A DNA stretch of 57,205 nt from an uncultured Myxococcales bacterium (GTDB taxonomy: Bacteria > Desulfobacterota > Binatia > UBA1149 > SPBQ01), in NCBI GenBank assembly GCA_964478045.1, contig CAYZHO010000003.1:850-58054 (forward strand). Reading direction: 5' to 3'. Shown here piece by piece: positions 48,794-57,205 of the stretch. The translations under genes were made by a program, and so were the position numbers. Each line of letters opens with the position of its first letter. The first letter of the stretch is position 1. The notes beneath the pieces are model-generated. The model was not told the origin of the DNA, ran no database searches, and saw only the letters and a program-made list of their open reading frames with translations.

Positions 48794-50662
48794 TCAGCCG
48801 TGAAGCTCCCTGGCAAACAAGCGCTTTTGGTAGAAGTTCTGCAAATCCGAGCGCTTGAGCATCCCCACGACTTTCCTGCCGTCGTTCTCGTCGACCACCG
48901 GAATCTCCTCTAGACCGAGCGCGGAAATCTTCCTCATTGCGTCGTAGAGCGTGTCCGAGCCCGTCACGGTTACGACATCGCGGCGCGCGAGCTCCCCTAC
49001 CACGATATACGGCCACACCTCCCGGTCGAGCAGCACTTCGCGCAGGTCTTGCATGCTCACGATGCCAACCATCTCGCCGTTCTTGTTGACGACCGGAAAA
49101 TGCATGTGGTGACTGCTCGTGACGTACCGGACGAAGTCAGCCAAGGCCATCGACTCCGGGATCGTGCGGAAGTCTTTCGACACTAGGCCTCGCACGTATA
49201 GATGGCGCAAGATGTTCGCCTCACTGCTCGCATGAACATCGAGACCCCGGCGGCTGAGATCATAGCTGTCGATGCTGTCAGGAAGGATTCTCCTGGCAAC
49301 GAGTGTGGCGCTAACGCTCGTGATCATCGCCGGCACCACAGCGTTGTAGTCCCGCGTCAGCTCGAACAGCAGGAAGATCGCCGTCATTGGGGCGTGCGTG
49401 GCAGCCGAAAGGAACGCTCCCATGCCGATCATCGCAAACGAGCCCGGCTCGGCGATCGTTCCCGGAGCGACCGCGTTGACCAGCATCGCAAAGCCGCCGC
49501 CAAAAACGGCTCCGATGAACATCGCCGGGGCAAACACGCCGCCGGCACCGCCACTTCCCAGAGTCACGCCAGTCATGACGATCTTCACGAACACCAGCGA
49601 GAGGAGAAGGGGCATGCTCAGATGCCCGCTGAGCGCGTCGTTGATCGTCTCGTATCCGTTCGAAGCGATCTGCGGAAAGAAGATCAACGCACATCCAACT
49701 ACGAGGCCGCCAAATACGGGCAGTACGGTCTCGGGCAGAGGGGCGCGCTGCAACCAATCGCGGATCGCGTAGAAACTACGCGTGAAGAATGCGCCCAGCG
49801 CCCCGCACGCAATCCCCATCAACAAAAGGAAGAACAGTTCGTGGTTTAGCGGAAAATCGAACTGCGGGGCGCGGATGATTGGATGATCCGCCTTCAAGTA
49901 TTGCGAGGTAACGCTGGAAACACCGGAAGCCAGAACAATGAGGTAGAACGACTGGGCCTGGAATTCGCCAATCAGAACGATCTCTTCGGCGAACATCACC
50001 CCAGCGATCGGACTGTTGAACGTGGCCGCGATGGCAGACGCGGAGCCACAGGCAATCAATAACCGCAGGCGCTCGAACGAGGGCCGCAATAAGCGGCCGA
50101 CGGTCGAACCGATCGAGCCGCCGATCTGGGCGATCGGACCCTCGACGCCGGCGCTCATGCCCGAGCCCAGAGTGATCGCCGTCGAAAGCGTCTTCAGGGT
50201 AATCCAGCGCCGGCGCAGATAACCGCCCCGAAAATTGACGATTTCGAGAAAGCGCGGCAGTCCGTACCCTTTGATCTCGCCCGGGAACCAGCGGTCGAGA
50301 AGAACGATGAGCGCCATGCCAGCAACGGGTATGGCCGGGATCCTCCACCACCCACTGGGCAGCCCGCTCAATCCAACCTGAAAAACGTCATAGAACGGCA
50401 ATCCCGTGACGCCTACGAATCCCCCCAGATCGCGCCAGAAGAACTCGTGCGCGCGATCGACGGCCCAGTGGAAGGCCACGTTGGCCAGAGCCGTACACGC
50501 ACCGATCAACACCGTGGCCGCAATGAGCCAGGAGTTGCTGTCGCGAACGAACCGCCACCACCAGCCTTGCGGCCGTTCGCTCGACGCAGGTTTCGAGTCG
50601 GGGCTTGCTGAGGTCACAGAGCTCTCACCCGTTACTATGTGTGCGGGCGAGGTCCGATTCAA
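48794..50662 (-). CDS. ClC-family voltage-gated chloride channel/antiporter with C-terminal CBS pair
   Basis: Selectivity-filter motifs GSGMSAGVEGP and GGVFAP, more than 10 TM helices, and a C-terminal CBS pair (HHMHFPVVNKNGEMVGIVS...IPVVDENDGRKVVGML). Confidence 0.9.
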   Translation of the reverse strand: MNRTSPAHIVTGESSVTSASPDSKPASSERPQGWWWRFVRDSNSWLIAATVLIGACTALANVAFHWAVDRAHEFFWRDLGGFVGVTGLPFYDVFQVGLSGLPSGWWRIPAIPVAGMALIVLLDRWFPGEIKGYGLPRFLEIVNFRGGYLRRRWITLKTLSTAITLGSGMSAGVEGPIAQIGGSIGSTVGRLLRPSFERLRLLIACGSASAIAATFNSPIAGVMFAEEIVLIGEFQAQSFYLIVLASGVSSVTSQYLKADHPIIRAPQFDFPLNHELFFLLLMGIACGALGAFFTRSFYAIRDWLQRAPLPETVLPVFGGLVVGCALIFFPQIASNGYETINDALSGHLSMPLLLSLVFVKIVMTGVTLGSGGAGGVFAPAMFIGAVFGGGFAMLVNAVAPGTIAEPGSFAMIGMGAFLSAATHAPMTAIFLLFELTRDYNAVVPAMITSVSATLVARRILPDSIDSYDLSRRGLDVHASSEANILRHLYVRGLVSKDFRTIPESMALADFVRYVTSSHHMHFPVVNKNGEMVGIVSMQDLREVLLDREVWPYIVVGELARRDVVTVTGSDTLYDAMRKISALGLEEIPVVDENDGRKVVGMLKRSDLQNFYQKRLFARELHG

Positions 50663-50688
50663 AAGACGCCGGCTCCACGGCCGGGCGT

Positions 50689-52527
50689 CTATGCGAGCAG
50701 CGGCTCTAGCTCGCGGGCGGCCTCTTCAAGGCAAGGCCGAAGCCTCGGCGGCTCGAGGTCGAAGACGAAACCGTCTCGCCTGGCCTCCTCGGACCGGACC
50801 CAATGGGCAAAAATGGTGTTCAGATCCGAGCGCAGCGCGGCCGCCTGCCGGCCCTTTGGCCGCGCCACCTTCCCCTCGGCCACGGCGCGCAAGCCAGCAC
50901 GCAGCTCGTCACTCGATCCCGGGCGGAGCAGCGCCGTGCACTCTCCTCTCAACACAACACCCACCAGCAGGCGAGCTCCGGCCGCCGGGACCGCCGCCAC
51001 GTAGGACTGATGGTTGACCAGCCAGTGACGGCGCCGCCGAAGTTTGAAAAGCCGGCCCAGCACGGCTTCCGCCCGCCGCGCCGTACCCTGTTGCGGCGGG
51101 CACTCCTCCAGCGCCTGTTTGAGCGCGCGACTCCCGCCGGCCAGTGCTCGTTCGAGCGCGCGAACGCGGTCCTGGTACGCTTGGGGCTCGATTTTCCCCT
51201 TGCACGGACCCGTGCACCAGCCGGACTCGCCAAGCCAACACCCTTCTGCCTGCGGGGACGGGTCCAGGCGTCCGGCGCAGGTGCGCAACCCGTACATCCG
51301 TGCCAGCAGCGCAGCCGCATCGTCGGCGAAGGCGCGGCCGCGCAGAGGTCCAAGGTAAAGACCGCCGTCGGCTGCTACCTTGCGCGTCACAAACACCCGC
51401 GGCCAGGGTCGTCTAGTCGAAACCTTGACAAAGTATCCCCTAGGAAGGTGGCGGTCGCCTCGGTTGTACAGGGGCTCAAGCGTGCGAATCTTCTCGGCTT
51501 CGACGATGGCCGCCTCGAGCTCCGAGCCGCACTCTACGAACTCGACGTCGCAGGTTTCCGCCGCCATTTGCCGCTGCCGGGCGCTTAGTGCGTCGGCTTC
51601 CAGGAAATAGGCCAGCACGTCGTTGCGAACGTCGCGGCTCTTGGCGGCAAGCAGAGGCTTTCCCCCGTCGCCGAGTAGCAGGTACACGCCAGGGCCTTCG
51701 GGTAGTACCTCGAGTTTGCGCCGGGGCACCCGGACGACCGCCCGTGGCGGAAAGCCCACGTCGTGCTGAATCGCCAGCAGCCCTCCGACCGTTTGGATCC
51801 CAGTGGCGCGGACCATCGCAAGCAGGCGGGCCAACAAGGCGGCCGTGAGTTCAGCATCGGCTAGGGCGCGGTGCCTCGTTCCTTTGGCGAGTCCGAAGTG
51901 CCCAGCCAGGGCTTCCAGAGACGCCTTCGTCAAGTCCGGCATCAAGCGGCGCGCGAGCTTGAGCGTGCACAGCGAAGGCATGTCCAGCGAACGGCCCAAG
52001 AGCCGCCGGCACTCGCGATCCAACAACGTAACGTCGAATGCTGCGTTGTGAGCAACCAGCACCGACCCTTCGGCAAAGCGGCAGAAGTCGGGCAGAACGT
52101 CTTCGAGGCGAGGGGCCCCGCGGAGCATCGCGTCGGTGATGCCGGTCAGCCTGGCCACGTACGGCGGGACCGGACACCCGGGATCGACCAGCGTCTCGAA
52201 GCGAGCTTCCTCTACGGTCCCGCGCAGGCGCACCGCGCCAATCTCGGTTATGCCGGCGTGCTCTCCGCCTTGTCCGGTCGTTTCGAGATCGACCACGACG
52301 AACGGAGCCTCGTCCAACCCGAGGTCGAGCAAACTACTCGATCGCAGCCGCCACCAGCGCCCGTGGTCGTCGCTCGCGAAGCGAGGATCTCCAGCCAGCA
52401 ATCGGCCGAGAAACATCCGCCCGAACTCGGGATCGTCCCCGCCGTCGGGAAAGATGAGCGCCAGTAGCTCTTCGCTGGCAGCTCCGTCCGGGCGTTTGCG
52501 CAGGTACTCGTGAAGGATCTCGATCAA
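50689..52527 (-). CDS. DnaQ-like DEDD 3'-5' exonuclease fused to GIY-YIG (UvrC/Cho-like) nuclease
   Basis: ExoI FVVVDLETTG, ExoII VAHNAAFD and ExoIII H..L.DA. Next comes the GIY-YIG motif GPGVYLLLG..GKPLL.AKSRDVRNDVLAYF, then a UvrC-type Cys-rich segment (CWLGESGWCTGPCKGK). Confidence 0.8.
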   Translation of the reverse strand: MIEILHEYLRKRPDGAASEELLALIFPDGGDDPEFGRMFLGRLLAGDPRFASDDHGRWWRLRSSSLLDLGLDEAPFVVVDLETTGQGGEHAGITEIGAVRLRGTVEEARFETLVDPGCPVPPYVARLTGITDAMLRGAPRLEDVLPDFCRFAEGSVLVAHNAAFDVTLLDRECRRLLGRSLDMPSLCTLKLARRLMPDLTKASLEALAGHFGLAKGTRHRALADAELTAALLARLLAMVRATGIQTVGGLLAIQHDVGFPPRAVVRVPRRKLEVLPEGPGVYLLLGDGGKPLLAAKSRDVRNDVLAYFLEADALSARQRQMAAETCDVEFVECGSELEAAIVEAEKIRTLEPLYNRGDRHLPRGYFVKVSTRRPWPRVFVTRKVAADGGLYLGPLRGRAFADDAAALLARMYGLRTCAGRLDPSPQAEGCWLGESGWCTGPCKGKIEPQAYQDRVRALERALAGGSRALKQALEECPPQQGTARRAEAVLGRLFKLRRRRHWLVNHQSYVAAVPAAGARLLVGVVLRGECTALLRPGSSDELRAGLRAVAEGKVARPKGRQAAALRSDLNTIFAHWVRSEEARRDGFVFDLEPPRLRPCLEEAARELEPLLA

Positions 52528-52608
52528 AGCCGTGCCTGCACTCGCATGATAGCGAGCGCGCCGACACGTGTCGCCTCCGGCCAGCGCGAGCTGCGCGCAC
52601 GCCGCCCG

Positions 52609-55362
52609 TCAGAACGAACGTGCGGCAAAGCGCAAGTCCGGATCGCCGCTACGGTCGTCCACCCACACGACGTAGCACTTACCCCCGGCCACCGCCGTGG
52701 CGGGCGAGAACTGGCCGGAAGAGCCAGCGCCCGAATCGTCCACCCGCAGATCGGAGCCGAACGTGGCGCCGCCGTCCTGACTCAGAGCGGCAAAGATGTC
52801 GCTGCCACCGAGCCGGTCATCCTGCCATGCCACACATACCAGACCGCCGCCTGCGGCAACCGAGGGCTGCCATTGATTGGACGGCACGTCGTGGTCGGGG
52901 TCGAATCCCAGGTCGCTAGAGTCAATGCGGCGCGGGGCGCTCCAGGTCTTCCCCCGATCGTCGCTCGTGACGGCGTACACGTTGCTGTCGGGCTGGCGTT
53001 CGCGCTGGTCGGACCATACCAAGATGACGGTGTCGGTCGCCTCGTCGTAGGCGATCGCCGGATGGCTGTTGAGCCGCTCGAACAACTCGGAATCGTCCAC
53101 CCGCTGGCCCGTCCGCGGGCGGTAGCGCAGGCCCGAGCCGCCGCTACTAGCGGCATAAACGTCCCAGTTGTAGTTGCGAAAGTCTAGCCAGGCCAGCACT
53201 ACCCGGCGGTCGGCCTTGGCGATCGCCGGACGCCACTCGTTGGCCAACTCGACCGCAAGCGGATCCACCGTTTTCTTGCGCACTATCGCGCGCGACCGGG
53301 TAAACGACAAGCGCGGGCGCCCGTCCGCCCCAAGCCGTCCCCGGCCGCGGGCAGCGCGCAGTCGCTCCAACACGGAGCCTTCTGGACCCGCTTCCCGCTC
53401 GTCGACCCAGACCACCAGGGGAAGGCCCTTGCGCCGAATCGTCGTGACAACGGGGGCCCACTTGCCTACTCCATCTGCGTCGTCGACCCGAATGTCGGGG
53501 CCTAGCTTGGCCGGCGAGCAAGGTTCGAAGCGCGCCAGCATGATGCGCGCGTCGCCGACGCCGCCAGCCACCAGCTCCTGCCAAGTTACGTAGACGGTCC
53601 CCACTCCCGTCTTGGGATGGCGGTGGTAGGCAATGTCGGGAAGCAATTCGGTGGCCGATCCCGGAGCGTTGTCACTGACCTTGATGTCCGCGCTCCACGT
53701 CGCGCCGTCGTCGGTGCTGTAGGCCATGTAAATGGCGTCGCGCCCTTCTCGCGTGTCTTGCCACACGACCGACAGGCACTGGTCGTACGCCACGATTTTC
53801 GGATTCTCTTGTGATGCGGGAGCCGCGTCGTCGTTATCGTTGACCTCGACCGAGAGCCCGAAACTTGTAGGCTCGGGCGGTGTCGTGTCCGCAGGCCCGA
53901 TGACGTCTAGGCCGTCGGGCAGATCGAGATCGGCCCACAGAACCGACTCCCGGTAGCCGTTCTCGCACGGTCCCCACGCCATCGGATCCGGGCACTGCAC
54001 CCCGGAGCCCGGCAGCAGCTTTACTCCCTCGGCCACCAGCAACGCCCGCCGCTCGGCCAGCGTCAGGGACGGATCCGCAATGCCCGGGTCCGGAACGATC
54101 CAAGGGGCCAGGGCGAGAAATCCCCGATCCGGGTTCTGCCCTATCCAGGCGTTGGACCCGTCGAGCGGTCCGACCGGTCCTTTGCGACCCTTGCGCAAGA
54201 TCGCGCTCTGCCCGTCGAACGTGATCTCGAACAGATTGCCCGTCATCGACGGAGCCACGTTGTAAAGGAAGTCCACGTGCTTTTGCAGATTGTTGTAACC
54301 GCCCTGCTTGAAGATATCTGGATCCCAAGGGTCTTCTTGGAACGCCCAACTCGAAAAGGCCTCGGACTGGACCAGCAGGTGAGCATGGCGTGCGGCTAGC
54401 CGGTCGTTGAGGTCGACCATCCACGCGTCCTTGGAAATGACGATTCCAATGCGACCCAGCGGCGTGTCCAGCACGTCGAACTGATCGATCGGAGCGTCCG
54501 AAAGCTTGAGCAACCCGAGCTCCGGCGGCGTCAAGTAGACCTTGTTGATCGTGCCACGCAGAATGCCGCCCGTGCCGCTTGGCGCCGACGTCGTGGTGCC
54601 GTCTTCCAACTGCACGAACACCTCTCCGTCGGGCATGAAGAGAAACGTCGAGTTGTAGATGATCGGCGAAATCGCCATGTAGACGTAGTCACGGACGCCG
54701 CGCTCGTCCGGGTCGATGAGCGCGTCGTACGTTGCCGGGTCTTCGGCCTGGGTGACGATCCGCACCTGCGGGACGTTCGCGCCTGCACTGACGTACACCC
54801 CGTAAGTAACCGCTAGGTCGCGAAACGTCTCGTAGAAAGATCGGTAAACCGTATCCGTTACCGCCAGCGCCACCTGCGCGGGGATATCGCCCGGATGAGC
54901 GTGGTAGAGCGACCGGTAGAAGTTTACTTGCCCCTGGTAAGCGTGCCATAGCCGCAGGTAGGCCAGGGAACTCAGATTCGCCGCTCTAGCCGAGGCCCCG
55001 CGCGAGCCGATGAACGCTGCCGGCAAACCAACGTCTTCGGGGAAGTTCACTAGAACATCGGCCGGAGCGGTTGGGTCCGCCGGTTGGATGTGCGATGCCA
55101 CGTCGTCCACTCCGGCCTGAACTAGCCCGGCTCGCCCTGGAAACGCCGCGTCCATCATCGCGAACATCTTATCGCGGAAGCTCTGGTAGCTGACCACGTC
55201 CGCCATGCGAATCCGGTGGGCAACGCTGAAAACCCGGACCGTCTTGGCCGCACCTGGCGAGGCCAGTGTCAGTACCAGCAGCAACGCCCAAAGCACCCCC
55301 GAGCACCGCCGCGCAAATCCTAGGAAGCCTGCTTTCTTGCCTGCGAAAATCGCGCGTACCAT
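52609..55362 (-). CDS. secreted two-domain protein: nitrilase-superfamily-like N-domain + BNR/sialidase-like beta-propeller
   Basis: The ATG at 55362 is followed by signal peptide VLWALLLVLTLASPGAAKT. N-domain motifs: LVNFPED, INKVYLTPPE, RIGIVISKDAWM, LLVQSEAF. The C-terminal half has BNR repeats STDDGATWS, TSDDRGKTWS and SQDGGATF. The longer ORF to 55494 is an alternative. Confidence 0.65.
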   Translation of the reverse strand: MVRAIFAGKKAGFLGFARRCSGVLWALLLVLTLASPGAAKTVRVFSVAHRIRMADVVSYQSFRDKMFAMMDAAFPGRAGLVQAGVDDVASHIQPADPTAPADVLVNFPEDVGLPAAFIGSRGASARAANLSSLAYLRLWHAYQGQVNFYRSLYHAHPGDIPAQVALAVTDTVYRSFYETFRDLAVTYGVYVSAGANVPQVRIVTQAEDPATYDALIDPDERGVRDYVYMAISPIIYNSTFLFMPDGEVFVQLEDGTTTSAPSGTGGILRGTINKVYLTPPELGLLKLSDAPIDQFDVLDTPLGRIGIVISKDAWMVDLNDRLAARHAHLLVQSEAFSSWAFQEDPWDPDIFKQGGYNNLQKHVDFLYNVAPSMTGNLFEITFDGQSAILRKGRKGPVGPLDGSNAWIGQNPDRGFLALAPWIVPDPGIADPSLTLAERRALLVAEGVKLLPGSGVQCPDPMAWGPCENGYRESVLWADLDLPDGLDVIGPADTTPPEPTSFGLSVEVNDNDDAAPASQENPKIVAYDQCLSVVWQDTREGRDAIYMAYSTDDGATWSADIKVSDNAPGSATELLPDIAYHRHPKTGVGTVYVTWQELVAGGVGDARIMLARFEPCSPAKLGPDIRVDDADGVGKWAPVVTTIRRKGLPLVVWVDEREAGPEGSVLERLRAARGRGRLGADGRPRLSFTRSRAIVRKKTVDPLAVELANEWRPAIAKADRRVVLAWLDFRNYNWDVYAASSGGSGLRYRPRTGQRVDDSELFERLNSHPAIAYDEATDTVILVWSDQRERQPDSNVYAVTSDDRGKTWSAPRRIDSSDLGFDPDHDVPSNQWQPSVAAGGGLVCVAWQDDRLGGSDIFAALSQDGGATFGSDLRVDDSGAGSSGQFSPATAVAGGKCYVVWVDDRSGDPDLRFAARSF

Positions 55363-55396
55363 CGCAGGGACAAGGGACCACCCTGCGGGGCGCCTG

Positions 55397-55621
55397 TCAA
55401 GGAGAAACGTCCGCTTCGGGTTCCGAGCGCCGCTGCCGCAGGGCATCTCGGATGCGAAGATAGTCGCTGTAGCGAGGAACGAACGATCCCCCACAATGGG
55501 GACAGCGGTGCACCACGCCCGGGGCTATCTGCGCCGCCCGCACCTCCCAGCGGCGGCGGCAGTCTCCGCATTCCAGTACGCCACGCCCATCGATCGGTCG
55601 AATTTCGAGCAATCGTGCCAT
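55397..55621 (-). CDS. small zinc-ribbon protein
   Basis: 74 aa with two CxxC pairs (CGDC...CPHC). It lies 34 nt upstream of, and co-directional with, the BNR protein gene. Whether it is truly coding is not proven. Confidence 0.4.
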   Translation of the reverse strand: MARLLEIRPIDGRGVLECGDCRRRWEVRAAQIAPGVVHRCPHCGGSFVPRYSDYLRIRDALRQRRSEPEADVSP

Positions 55622-55683
55622 CGCCGTCCGCCAGTGCCCCCTTTTTGGTATCCTGCGGTAGTCCGCGTTAGATTGATCTCGTC

Positions 55684-56793
55684 TTGCGACTCCTCGAAAG
55701 CGTTGCCAAGCTCTGGCGCAAAGTCGACCTGCGCAGGCGCCTCGAAGGCTATACCCTCTCCATTCTATTCCACGTTCTCTTACTGTTCCTGCTGGCCACG
55801 ATCACGATTCACAGCAGCGCAGGCCGCTTTGGCTTGGGGCTCCACGCGCGGGCAGCCCGCCTGGCTCTAGACGAGCGCCGGAAGGAAGCCCCGGGAGAAG
55901 AGCTCGAGCACCTGTACGAGGACATCACGGTCGAGCCCCTTGAGATCCGGCCCCAGCCCGCGCCCGCGAGGCGATTGCCGCAAATCGACAGCCTGAGTCT
56001 CGTGCGGCCACGCCGGTCACTCGAGGAAATCACAACGCGCTTCTCGCCTGCCAGTGGCCGCATCGGGGCTCTGTCGGGCAAGTTCGGAAGTTTCATTGGC
56101 GGCCTGCGAAAGACGGGACTCGACGTGGTTCTCGTAATCGATGCGACCGGGAGCATGCAGCACGTGATCGACGAGATCAAGGAGCACGCGCTCGCGCTCG
56201 TCGACAAAATCCAGGCTCTGGTTCCCATTGCCCGGATCGGTGTCGTCGCATTTCGCGACCGTGGCGAGGACTTCGTCGTGCGCTGGTCCGACCTCAGCTT
56301 CCACGCCTCAAAGGTCAAGGCGTTCATCGAACAGCTCGAAGCCGAAGGAGGAGGAGACTGGGAAGAAGCGGTACGCGAAGCGCTCGAAACGGCCATCGAC
56401 GAAATGTCGTGGCGGCGGCGAGCCAAACGCGTGATTATCGTCGTAGGCAGCTCGCCGCCTCACCGCGAAGACCGCCAGGCGATCGCCGCACTGGTCGAAG
56501 AGTTCCACCGCTCGGGCGGCGTCGTCAGCACGATCGACGTCACGAAACGCATGCACGAGGAGTACGAGCGCAAGTTCAAGACATGGCTGTACGGAAAGCC
56601 CCCCGAAACGATTTCTCCGCTGCCGGCGTTTTACCGGGAGGTACAAGACGCATATCGTGACATTGCCAAGCACGGCGGCGGCGAGATGGCCGCGCTCGGC
56701 TCGGACGACGCGCTAGTCGAACAGATCCTCGTGTTCGCCTTCGGCAGCCAATGGCGCAAGGAGGTGGCTCGTTACACGAAAGACGTGAGGTAG
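55684..56793 (+). CDS. membrane-anchored von Willebrand factor A domain protein
   Basis: N-terminal TM helix (YTLSILFHVLLLFLLATITI). The VWA domain has MIDAS VVLVIDATGSM, then VVAFRD...GGGDWEEAV and IIVVGSSPPH. The start codon at 55684 is TTG. Confidence 0.75.
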   Translation: MRLLESVAKLWRKVDLRRRLEGYTLSILFHVLLLFLLATITIHSSAGRFGLGLHARAARLALDERRKEAPGEELEHLYEDITVEPLEIRPQPAPARRLPQIDSLSLVRPRRSLEEITTRFSPASGRIGALSGKFGSFIGGLRKTGLDVVLVIDATGSMQHVIDEIKEHALALVDKIQALVPIARIGVVAFRDRGEDFVVRWSDLSFHASKVKAFIEQLEAEGGGDWEEAVREALETAIDEMSWRRRAKRVIIVVGSSPPHREDRQAIAALVEEFHRSGGVVSTIDVTKRMHEEYERKFKTWLYGKPPETISPLPAFYREVQDAYRDIAKHGGGEMAALGSDDALVEQILVFAFGSQWRKEVARYTKDVR

Positions 56794-56800
56794 GGAACCG

Positions 56801-57205
56801 ATGGGAGCGATCGTCGCCAAACCAAAACGGCGCCGGATCAGAACCGCCACGTTCGCCACCGTGGCCGTGGCGGGGCTGTGGTTGGTCCCGCCGCTCGCGC
56901 GCGCCGCGACGGCGAGCACGGCGTTGAACTACACGGTCATCGACCTGATTCGATTCGGCGGCTGGGTGGGTTACGTGATCCTGCTGCTGTCGGTGGTGGC
57001 CGTGGCTTTGATCGTTGAATATGCCCTTTCGCTGCGGTTGAAGGTCTTAGCTCCGCCGGCCGATCGGCGGGAACTCGAGGAAATGATCGGCAAGCAGGCC
57101 TGGGATCAGGTAGCCGAACGGCTCGATCGCGGAGACTGCTCGATGCTGTTTGCGATCGTGGCTCGGGGGGTGAAGGAACGGGAGCGCGGATACGATGCGG
57201 TGATC
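56801..57205 (+). CDS. MotA/TolQ/ExbB proton-channel family protein, 3' partial
   Basis: Not in the ORF track because it runs off the window. My own translation from the ATG at 56801 gives 135 codons without a stop. It reads MGAIVAKPKRRRIRTATFATVAVAGLWLVPPLARA (signal), then IDLIRFGGWVGYVILLLSVVAVALIVEYALSLR, which is typical of the first TM region of long-form ExbB/TolQ proteins. Confidence 0.6.
   Translation, partial: MGAIVAKPKRRRIRTATFATVAVAGLWLVPPLARAATASTALNYTVIDLIRFGGWVGYVILLLSVVAVALIVEYALSLRLKVLAPPADRRELEEMIGKQAWDQVAERLDRGDCSMLFAIVARGVKERERGYDAVI

Overview
GC-rich (by eye well above 60% GC), densely packed chromosomal segment from a diderm bacterium. Evidence for a diderm: lipoboxes, a LolB-like gene, and an outer-membrane beta-barrel ending in Phe. 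Gene content and order loosely resemble delta-proteobacterial or Myxococcota-like lineages, but that is inference only. I support about 56 protein-coding genes, and many adjacent pairs share 1-8 nt start/stop overlaps. I recognised no rRNA, tRNA, CRISPR array, transposase or integrase.

Gene blocks in order:
- slt, then a minus-strand operon of DAHP synthase-ldcA-serine hydrolase-mpl (peptidoglycan recycling).
- Two small DUF507-like genes and groES-groEL.
- rpsP-KH-rimM-trmD-SPOUT-like gene-rplS.
- A minus-strand operon of TPR lipoprotein-LolB-like-Opp/Dpp ABC transporter.
- moaB-moaD-moaE, divergent from miaB.
- Hydrolase, OMP, JAMM peptidase and panE.
- An accessory-looking stretch (26.7-37.3 kb): a 679-aa PEPCK/HprK-like P-loop protein, two flippase-like membrane paralogs, a DsbA-like gene with an in-frame TGA, and a zinc-ribbon/TPR-CbbQ-giant VWA operon.
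- nth, Gfo/Idh/MocA-DHH-NUDIX-VOC, an MBL hydrolase, DUF3024, asd, a C92-like hydrolase, GT39-mgtE, YdjC/HpnK, ClC, and a DnaQ-GIY-YIG fusion.
- A 917-aa nitrilase-like/BNR protein, then a VWA-ExbB/MotA cluster cut by the window end.

Most interesting:
1. A candidate UxxC selenoprotein: the TGA sits exactly at the first Cys of the DsbA CxxC motif, with a downstream hairpin.
2. A divergent PEPCK-like kinase-fold protein behind a near-consensus sigma70 promoter.
3. An orphan CbbQ/NorQ AAA+ gene paired with a 1037-aa CbbO/NorD-like VWA gene, co-transcribed with a membrane zinc-ribbon/TPR protein.
4. A MoaD whose GG is followed by extra residues, with a stand-alone JAMM peptidase 3.5 kb away.

All family calls come from motif recognition by eye. 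No database search was run.
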